Source of the DNA: an uncultured Muribaculaceae bacterium
GTDB lineage: Bacteria; Cyanobacteriota; Vampirovibrionia; Gastranaerophilales; Gastranaerophilaceae
NCBI GenBank assembly: GCA_964446855.1
Contig: CAYUQM010000001.1
Coordinates: 8,507 to 72,506, forward strand
Direction of reading: 5' to 3'
DNA: 64,000 nt
Positions 57,230-64,000 of the stretch are shown piece by piece; the first letter of the stretch is position 1; every line of letters begins with the position of its first letter. The notes under the pieces are model-generated. The model made no database searches, was not told where the DNA came from, and saw nothing but the letters and a program-made list of their open reading frames with translations. The translations under genes were made by a program, and so were the position numbers.

Positions 57230-58330
57230 ATGAAAAAAATATTTTTAATATTTCTTGTATTATTGGGTTTGAATTTACCTGTATTTTCTGATGACGGGTT
57301 TACTCTTCCGTCTGAAACTGCTGTTGTAGAAGATGTTCAATATGAGGATGCACAAGCACTGCAGCAGGGTGAAAATACAATCAAACAAATTGTAAAAGTT
57401 AAAATCCTCTCGGGAGAATTCAAAGGACTTGAACGCTATGTTGAAAATATGCTTACGGGTAATCCTGCATATGATATAGTTTTGGAGGAAGGCAGTAAAG
57501 TAATCCTTCATGTTGAAGCGTCTTCTGAAAATTATGAATCCGCAGATGATGTTAGCTTTTTTATTGCAGATATAAAGCGTGATAATACTGTTTTATTTAC
57601 CGTCGGGCTGTTTTTCGCCCTGCTTGTTCTAATCGGAAGAAAAAAGGGGGTGGCAAGTCTTGTTTCAATCGGGGCAACCGTTGCGTTAATTTTCTGCGTT
57701 ATGATACCGCTTGTATTAAACGGGTTTAGTCCGATTTTGACCGCTCTTTTTGTTTCAATTCTTTCAACTGTGATTACAATATATCTTGTCGGAGGGTTTA
57801 ATTATAAAAGTACCTCTGCCGTCTTAGGCACCTCTGCAAGTATAATATTATCGGCTCTGCTTGCTATGGGGGTAATTTATTTTGCTAAATTAACGGGTTT
57901 TGACGGTGAGGAAGCAATGTTTCTTTACTCTTCAAACCCAGAGCTTAACTTTAAAGGAATTCTTGCGGCTTCTATGATTATCGCGGCTCTTGGAGCATTA
58001 ATGGACACTGCGGTTTCAATTGCAAGTACGATTAATGAAATTCATGAAACAGACAAAAGTCTTACGGTCAAGCAATTATTTATTTCGGGAATGAATGTCG
58101 GACGGGATATTATAGGAACTATGTCAAACACTTTAATTCTGGTTTATCTTGGAAGTTCTTTGCCGTTAGTTTTATTGTCAAGCAATATAGATTTGCAAAA
58201 ATTCTTTAATTTAAATCAAGTTGCAACAGAGATTACATCTGCGTTGGTCGGCAGTATTGCAATTCTGGCTTGTGTTCCCCTAACAGCTATTATTTCATCT
58301 TATTTGGTTAAAAAAAAGAACGCCTCGTAA
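57230..58330 (+). CDS. YibE/F-like integral membrane protein with signal peptide and N-terminal extracytoplasmic domain
   Basis: Signal peptide, a soluble segment of about 110 aa, then 6-7 TM helices. Family assignment is from memory only. Confidence 0.5.
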   Translation: MKKIFLIFLVLLGLNLPVFSDDGFTLPSETAVVEDVQYEDAQALQQGENTIKQIVKVKILSGEFKGLERYVENMLTGNPAYDIVLEEGSKVILHVEASSENYESADDVSFFIADIKRDNTVLFTVGLFFALLVLIGRKKGVASLVSIGATVALIFCVMIPLVLNGFSPILTALFVSILSTVITIYLVGGFNYKSTSAVLGTSASIILSALLAMGVIYFAKLTGFDGEEAMFLYSSNPELNFKGILAASMIIAALGALMDTAVSIASTINEIHETDKSLTVKQLFISGMNVGRDIIGTMSNTLILVYLGSSLPLVLLSSNIDLQKFFNLNQVATEITSALVGSIAILACVPLTAIISSYLVKKKNAS

Positions 58331-58345
58331 AGGCGTCCTTTTTAT
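58319..58345. terminator. Candidate bidirectional terminator
   Basis: A-rich run, then ACGCCT-cgtaa-AGGCGT, then CCTTTTT. The stop codon of the upstream gene lies in the loop. Confidence 0.55.
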
Positions 58346-58361
58346 CTTCTAAAAGATTTTA

Positions 58362-59639
58362 TTACTTTGAGCAGCATCCGCAGGAACAAGCTTGAGATTT
58401 TAAGCTGTCTGCCTTATCTGTTTGTTCCCAAGGAACAACGATATCAGTTCTGCCCATATGACCGTAAGCAGCTAGTAATTGATAGAATTTACCGCCGTTT
58501 CTTGAAGGTAATCCTCTCAAATCAAACTGGCGGATAATTGCTGCAGGTCTGAGGTCAAAGTTTTTCGCAACAAGTTCTGAAATTTCATCATCAGAAATTT
58601 TACCTGTTCCAAAAGTATCAACCATGATTGATACAGGTTCAGCAACACCGATTGCGTAAGCTAATTCGATTTCGCATTTGTCTGCTAATCCTGCCGCAAC
58701 AATATTTTTAGCTACGTATCTTGAAGCGTAAGCTGCAGAACGGTCAACTTTTGTAGGATCTTTTCCTGAGAAAGCTCCGCCGCCGTGACGTGAATAACCG
58801 CCGTAAGTATCAACAATGATTTTACGTCCTGTTAAGCCAGCATCCCCTTGTGGTCCGCCAACTACAAATCTTCCTGACGGGTTAACAAGGATTTTTGTAT
58901 CAGAGCTTAAACCGATTGGAGATTCGTTTTCAAATACGTAATCAATAACGTGTTTTTTGATATCATTTTTAATTATTTCTTGAACTTTTGAATTATCAGA
59001 TACACCGTTAATTTCAGGATCGTGTTGAGTTGAAATTAATACAGTATCAATGCTTGCAGGTTTACCGTCAATATATCTGACAGTAACTTGAGATTTGCCA
59101 TCAGGTCTGAGGTATGGAAGAGTTCCGTTTTTTCTAACCTGAGCAAGTCTATAAGACAATTTGTGTGCCAAGCTTATCGGAAGCGGCATAAGTTCAGGTG
59201 TTTCGTTACAAGCGTAACCAAACATAATCCCTTGATCACCTGCGCCGATATTTTCTGTTTCAGAAGTTGAAGTATCTGCGTTTTCACTTCTTGATTCAAA
59301 AGCTTTATTAACGCCGCCTGCGATATCACAAGACTGTTCGTCGATACTTGTAAGCACTGCACAGGTATCAGCATCAAATCCGCCGCCGTGTGAGCCTGTG
59401 TAACCGATATTTTTAATAGTATTTCTAACAACTGACGGGATATCAACATAACAATCAGAAGTAATTTCTCCGCAAACTAAAGCCATACCTGTTGTTACGG
59501 TAGTTTCAGCAGCTACTCTTGATTGAGGGTATTTCGTCAAAAATTCATCCAAAATAGCGTCAGAAATCTGGTCGCATACTTTGTCGGGGTGTCCTTCGGT
59601 AACTGATTCCGAAGTGAATAAAAAGTTTCTTGGTGTCAT
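58362..59639 (-). CDS. metK: S-adenosylmethionine synthase with Cys-rich C-terminal tail
   Basis: [61 protein letters not shown]. Confidence 0.95.
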   Translation of the reverse strand: MTPRNFLFTSESVTEGHPDKVCDQISDAILDEFLTKYPQSRVAAETTVTTGMALVCGEITSDCYVDIPSVVRNTIKNIGYTGSHGGGFDADTCAVLTSIDEQSCDIAGGVNKAFESRSENADTSTSETENIGAGDQGIMFGYACNETPELMPLPISLAHKLSYRLAQVRKNGTLPYLRPDGKSQVTVRYIDGKPASIDTVLISTQHDPEINGVSDNSKVQEIIKNDIKKHVIDYVFENESPIGLSSDTKILVNPSGRFVVGGPQGDAGLTGRKIIVDTYGGYSRHGGGAFSGKDPTKVDRSAAYASRYVAKNIVAAGLADKCEIELAYAIGVAEPVSIMVDTFGTGKISDDEISELVAKNFDLRPAAIIRQFDLRGLPSRNGGKFYQLLAAYGHMGRTDIVVPWEQTDKADSLKSQACSCGCCSK

Positions 59640-59649
59640 TCCAATTTCT

Positions 59650-59712
59650 CCTTAATTTAATTTTCTACTTGCCGGTAAGTTTTTTAATTCCAACCCGGCC
59701 ACATCATTAAGG
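59650..59712 (-). promoter_or_regulatory. Candidate SD-sequestering leader structure upstream of metK
   Basis: In the mRNA sense: CCUUAAU (59712-59706) ... GCCGG (59699-95) ... CCGGC (59675-71) ... AUUAAGG (59656-50). The last segment overlaps the AAGGAG SD 8 nt before the AUG. Confidence 0.25.
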
Positions 59713-59740
59713 TACAGTTTACATCGGAAAATATTGAAAA

Positions 59741-60538
59741 TCAAATATTTTCGTGTTTCAGCTTAATAATAGTAACAATCCCTATTACCCCTATTATAAT
59801 TGAGATGAAGGATACTATTTGCGCAATAGGGATCCCGATAAGATTAAGGGTACTGTCAGTTCTTAAGTGTTCTACAAAAATTCTTACTATAGAGTATAGT
59901 ACAATGTACGTGAACATTGTTAAACCATTGTATTTTTTTCCAAATTTTTTAATTATCATTAGAAGTATTACAAAAACACAAACGTCAAGGAGGCTTTCGT
60001 ATAGAAATGTTGGATGAAAATATTCAAAATCTGAAAATTCTGCAGGGCGTTGACTCAATGGTATGTACAGCTTCCAAGGTAAGTCCGTTGGGGTGCCGAA
60101 AGCTTCGGAATTAAAGAAATTCCCCCATCTTCCAATACTTTGGGCAAGTATTGTTCCGCAACTAAATGCGTCCAGAAGATTAAGAACCGGTAATTTGTAT
60201 TTTTTTGATAATAAGATTAAGGTAATTATTCCAAATATAATCCCCCCGTGCACAGAAAGCCCACCTTCTCTGAAATTTAGAGCCTCAAGAGGGTTTAGAG
60301 TGTAATAAGTGAAGTTCAAAAGGCAATAGTACAATCTTGCCCCCAAAAAACCGAATATCAGTATGAATGCTGCAAAATCCCATATTTTTTCATAATCACA
60401 CTTTGGGTTTATGTACCGAAATGTGTAATACGAAACTGATATGCCTGTAAGACAAGCAAAAGCCATAATTACACCGTAATAATATACAGGAAAAGAGCCT
60501 ATCTGTATTAATACATCGCCCGGTGATTGTAATATCAT
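59741..60538 (-). CDS. lgt: Prolipoprotein diacylglyceryl transferase
   Basis: YYGVIMA, GARLYY, GLSVHGG, SIGRWGNFFNSEAFG, HPTFLYESL. Confidence 0.9.
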   Translation of the reverse strand: MILQSPGDVLIQIGSFPVYYYGVIMAFACLTGISVSYYTFRYINPKCDYEKIWDFAAFILIFGFLGARLYYCLLNFTYYTLNPLEALNFREGGLSVHGGIIFGIITLILLSKKYKLPVLNLLDAFSCGTILAQSIGRWGNFFNSEAFGTPTDLPWKLYIPLSQRPAEFSDFEYFHPTFLYESLLDVCVFVILLMIIKKFGKKYNGLTMFTYIVLYSIVRIFVEHLRTDSTLNLIGIPIAQIVSFISIIIGVIGIVTIIKLKHENI

Positions 60539-60541
60539 ATT

Positions 60542-61126
60542 CTATTCTTCCGGCTGAGTCGTATTATCTGATATCTTTTGTTCAATCTCGCTGATGTGTT
60601 GTTGAAGTTCTTCTTTATCATTTGAACTTGGGGTTTTTGTTAAATATTCGTTGTAATTATTAACTGCATCTGTCAATAGGTCATTTATATAATTTTCTAC
60701 ATTTTGCGGTAAAGATTTAACTTTAGGAGTTGGGTCTTCTTCCTTGTTCTTTGCCAGATTGCCGCTTTCGTCAAGTGTTAAGATTTGTGCCTTTAAATCA
60801 GATACGATATTCTCTTCTGTTACTGCAAGTGAGTAGTATGTATCAGCATGTTCAGGGTTGAGTTCAATAGCCTTTTTATATGAGTTTAATGCGTTAACAT
60901 AATCATCTGACTTCGTATATGCAACAGCAAGATTATAATGTGATTCAAAAACGGAGTCATCTAAATCAATACTCGACTTAAGTCGTTCAATTGCTTCTGT
61001 ATAGTTTCCTTGTTCTATATATGACGTTGCTTTATTGTTCAGTTCTTGCACTGCAAATTTATTTATACAAGCCGTAGTAACTACTGATATAGCCAGCACG
61101 CTAACCAATAATAACGCTTTTTTCAT
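60542..61126 (-). CDS. TPR-repeat lipoprotein
   Basis: Lipobox VVTTAC after the signal peptide. TPR units: YTEAIERLKSSI, HYNLAVAYTK, ALNSYKKAIELNPEHADTYYSLA. Confidence 0.75.
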   Translation of the reverse strand: MKKALLLVSVLAISVVTTACINKFAVQELNNKATSYIEQGNYTEAIERLKSSIDLDDSVFESHYNLAVAYTKSDDYVNALNSYKKAIELNPEHADTYYSLAVTEENIVSDLKAQILTLDESGNLAKNKEEDPTPKVKSLPQNVENYINDLLTDAVNNYNEYLTKTPSSNDKEELQQHISEIEQKISDNTTQPEE

Positions 61127-61338
61127 TAATCATCCCTCTCCTGTAATTAAAACATTAATCGAATTATACTATGAAGTTTATATTCAGTCAATTATTTTAA
61201 GGCGATATCCTCTTATTGACTTATTTTTAAGAATATATGTTTTGTAACGTTTTGTTAACAATTAGCTCTAAAATATTAAAGTATTCTACTGATTGTACCG
61301 ATAAAAGAAGTAAGGAAATTAACAAAAGGATAAAAATT

Positions 61339-63369
61339 ATGGGAATGTCAGCTTCACAAGCAAGGTTATTATACCTCACAGCACAACTTAATAATTTATC
61401 TTTGAAGGGTCAGGCAGTTTCTGACGCAAAAGTCAGACTTTCTATGGATACAGAAGCTATTCAAGAAAAATATATTAATGCTTTGAACTCAACTCATTTA
61501 TTTGTTAATAACAATATTTTTACTGCAGGTGGTGCTGTTGCTTCAAGCGAACGTATTACTCTTGAAAACTTGAAAGCTCAAGGGTTAATGGTTGCTGACG
61601 GAAGCAAAGTTCTTGGTTATTCATATCAGCAAGTTGCTACGGGTAAAAAAGATAAGCTTCTTGTTGGGTATGAAGATGACTTAGAAAATCCGATTTATCC
61701 TACAAAAACTGTTGAAGTGCCAGGTTTTGAAGAACCTTCAGCTTCTGCAATAGGTGATATTGAAAAAATGAATGCTATTGTTGATTCATTAGCTTTAACA
61801 GAAGATGATTTAGCTGTTCAATCATATACAACTTTTGTAGATGGTAAATCAACTCAACTTAATTCAATTGTTATTAAGTCTCAAGCAGGTTTTGAAGCAA
61901 TATATGAAATGTTGGCTACAGAAGGAACAAGCGGTGTGCTGAACAATTCTCTTCAGCAAAACTATGTATTAGATATGGATACTGTGGATATGTCAAAATA
62001 TATAAGCCACGGTGTTCCTTTCTTCCAAGGAGTTTTTGACGGTAATGGAGCTACTATTACCGGTTTGCACGGTGATCAAGGTCTATTTAGAGATGTTTAC
62101 GGTGTTGTTAAAAATGTAAATATTGATGGTGCAAATATTTCAGCAGAAACCGATTCTATTGGTGGAGTTGCAGGTTATCTTGGTGATGGCGGTATTATTG
62201 AAAATTGTAATGTAACTAATGCAGATATTACTTGTAACCTGAAAAATCAAGAGTACGATTACGGATATGATTCAGAAAGAGCCGGTGTTGGTGCAATTGT
62301 TGGTTTCAACCAAGGCTCAATTAAGAATACTTCTGCTACAGGTACAATTAGTGTACCTCATGCTGATGAAAGTTTTGGTTATATCGGCGGATTTGTTGGA
62401 GCAAATATTAATCCTGCTTATGGCGATGTTGATAACGTAATTGAAAATTGTTATTCAGATGTAAATATTAAACTTGGTACAGGTGCAGATTATTCAAATT
62501 CAATCAATGCATTTATAGGTGATGATACTTATGAATCAATAGTTAAAAATTGTATTTCACTGGGTGCAATTACAACAATGGGTGGTGAGCCTATTAATGG
62601 TAAAGATTTGGCTAACTGGGGTCCGGTTATTGAATCAAATGTTGAAAATATGATGGCACTTGATACTAGAAATAATCAAGATGTTTTATTCTGGGGAACT
62701 GAAGAAAACCCAAGTTATGTAAACGGTTCAAAATTTCAACCGGATGAATTGAGAAAGCAAACATATAAAACCGCTGAAGGAGCAGACATTCCGTTATGGT
62801 TAAATCAAGGTGCTGAAGGTTATGCTGATCAAGCTCAATTTTCAGCTTCAAATAATGGTTTACCTGTGTTGAACTTATCTGCTATTCAGGCTGAAGGTTT
62901 GGTTTCTGAAGGTGAAAAAGAAGTTCCTGATACAGATGCAGAACCTATCGGATATCAGCAAAAGCCTATTTATGAGGAAGTTGACGTTTTGGAAACTCAA
63001 TTAGTAGAAGACAAAAGTTTCTCAATTACACAACAGGCTTTAGAACAAGGGTTGAGAAGTGGCGCTTTACAACTAGTTAGAGAAGTTGGTGATGAAACAA
63101 CTCAAACAGTGTCACTTAACGGTTTGTTCTACGAGGTTGTAAGTTTAAGTACTTGCTCAGTAATTACCGATAAGGCAGAAGAAGATGCTGCGAATAGGGC
63201 TGAAGCTGAGTACAATAAAGCAATGCAAGAAATTCAATCAAAAGACAAACGTTATGAAATGGATCAAAAGAAAATAGATACAGAATATAATGCGTGTTTA
63301 CAAGAAGAAGAAAGTATAAAAACTGTACTTAACAAAAACGTAGAAAGATCATTTAAAACATTCGGGTAA
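61339..63369 (+). CDS. GLUG-motif protein with helical N- and C-terminal segments (676 aa)
   Basis: ATG 61339 has an AAAGGA SD. Central repeats GGVAGYLGDGGIIENC, GAIVGFNQGSIKN and IGGFVGAN are GLUG-like. N-terminal MGMSASQARLLYLTAQLNNL. C-terminal coiled coil ends ERSFKTFG. Confidence 0.65.
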   Translation: MGMSASQARLLYLTAQLNNLSLKGQAVSDAKVRLSMDTEAIQEKYINALNSTHLFVNNNIFTAGGAVASSERITLENLKAQGLMVADGSKVLGYSYQQVATGKKDKLLVGYEDDLENPIYPTKTVEVPGFEEPSASAIGDIEKMNAIVDSLALTEDDLAVQSYTTFVDGKSTQLNSIVIKSQAGFEAIYEMLATEGTSGVLNNSLQQNYVLDMDTVDMSKYISHGVPFFQGVFDGNGATITGLHGDQGLFRDVYGVVKNVNIDGANISAETDSIGGVAGYLGDGGIIENCNVTNADITCNLKNQEYDYGYDSERAGVGAIVGFNQGSIKNTSATGTISVPHADESFGYIGGFVGANINPAYGDVDNVIENCYSDVNIKLGTGADYSNSINAFIGDDTYESIVKNCISLGAITTMGGEPINGKDLANWGPVIESNVENMMALDTRNNQDVLFWGTEENPSYVNGSKFQPDELRKQTYKTAEGADIPLWLNQGAEGYADQAQFSASNNGLPVLNLSAIQAEGLVSEGEKEVPDTDAEPIGYQQKPIYEEVDVLETQLVEDKSFSITQQALEQGLRSGALQLVREVGDETTQTVSLNGLFYEVVSLSTCSVITDKAEEDAANRAEAEYNKAMQEIQSKDKRYEMDQKKIDTEYNACLQEEESIKTVLNKNVERSFKTFG

Positions 63370-63375
63370 TCAAAA

Positions 63376-64000
63376 ATGACAGATATTACAAATTTACAAC
63401 AAAATAAATACTTGCAATGTGGAAGTCATGGACTTTTTAATCCTGTTGAAGTTTCTTCAAAGGTTAATAACGGACCTTCTTTCCTTTCAATGACTGCGTT
63501 TGATATCCCTTCCATTAAAGGTATTGAGTATGATGAAGCAGTATTAAACGGTACTGTTGCAAATGAAATTAAAGCTGTTGTACATGAAACCAAAATTATT
63601 AACTCTGTAGTTTCTAACAATGTGCTTGCAAGTCAGTTTGATTCAGAAAATGTTTTCACTTCAAAATCTTTAAATGCGACGGCTAGTACAGGTGAAGTTC
63701 CTGTAAGTAATACAAAAAATTTAAAAGAAAAAACAGATACCACTAAATTATTAACTAATATTTGTTACAGTGATAATTACAATAAGGACGTACAAAAAAA
63801 AGTTATTGAAAGTGGTATTAAAACCCTAGTTGATTGGTTGGATGACTACATCAATAATTATGAAGATAGAGTTGCTGAAGGAAAAAACAGAGGTGATTCT
63901 GAAGTTAAATTGTCTTTCTTGTTGAGATTAAGAAATGCTATTGAAAACTGTGATTTTCCTGTTGGTTTCGGTAATGATGACTATTTTAAACAAGCTTCAA
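63376..64000 (+). CDS. Hypothetical protein, 3' end beyond window (not in the supplied ORF track)
   Basis: I translated frame 1 from the ATG at 63376 (MTDITNLQQNKYLQCGSHGLFNPVEV...DDYFKQAS). It is open for all 208 codons to the window end and starts 6 nt after the upstream stop. Confidence 0.5.
   Translation, partial: MTDITNLQQNKYLQCGSHGLFNPVEVSSKVNNGPSFLSMTAFDIPSIKGIEYDEAVLNGTVANEIKAVVHETKIINSVVSNNVLASQFDSENVFTSKSLNATASTGEVPVSNTKNLKEKTDTTKLLTNICYSDNYNKDVQKKVIESGIKTLVDWLDDYINNYEDRVAEGKNRGDSEVKLSFLLRLRNAIENCDFPVGFGNDDYFKQAS

Noticed and set aside
1-64000. Scan for CRISPR arrays, rRNA, tRNA, tmRNA/RNase P-like conserved RNAs, and transposase/integrase genes
   Set aside because: - No regularly spaced direct repeats were seen.
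- No T-loop (GGTTCGAATCC-like) or rRNA signatures appear in any intergenic region longer than 60 nt.
- No recognisable transposase or recombinase ORF is present.
- Absence was judged by eye only.

Overview
AT-rich (about mid-30s % GC by eye), densely coding bacterial chromosome segment. No rRNA, tRNA, CRISPR array or classical IS/transposase/integrase was found. All calls come from motif recognition in the supplied translations and from reading the DNA; no alignments or HMM searches were run.

Gene content points to a diderm bacterium: kdsA, lgt, murJ, SPOR and SpoIID proteins, and minCDE. glgC, a PBS-lyase-type HEAT-repeat protein and many prepilin-type proteins are compatible with a non-photosynthetic cyanobacterial relative (Melainabacteria/Vampirovibrionia-like). 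That taxonomic placement is only an inference.

Most of the window is housekeeping: ftsY, cysS, murJ, a leuC-type gene, an ECF sigma/anti-sigma pair, glgC, apt, hup, lysS, secG, minCDE, queC, gatB, pheS, kdsA, uvrB, panE, gshB-like, tsaD, obg, yjbQ, metK and lgt.

Four things stand out:
- **Pilin-like cluster (38.6-46.5 kb).** A divergent cluster encodes five proteins with class-III (prepilin) signal peptides. Three are tandem paralogs of 336, 805 and 881 aa. They share a pilin helix, an HG-x-[YF]-x-C module, a C-x-F-x-P...GGG-x-GG glycine-rich module, and an identical-style C-terminus G-x-PGA-[VI]-VI-x-W. No pilus assembly genes lie in the window.
- **DUF559 cassette.** A 459-nt DUF559/Vsr-like endonuclease cassette, bracketed by about 45-nt double-hairpin terminal inverted repeats, sits in frame and without a stop codon inside an M14 peptidase gene. 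A solo copy of the repeat arm lies between gatB and a SIS-domain gene.
- **GLUG-motif protein.** This protein has conserved-looking helical N- and C-termini. An uncalled ORF follows it and runs off the window end.
- **Lineage-specific orphan proteins** of 947 aa and 694 aa, plus smaller ones.

Degenerate REP-like palindromes recur in three intergenic regions.
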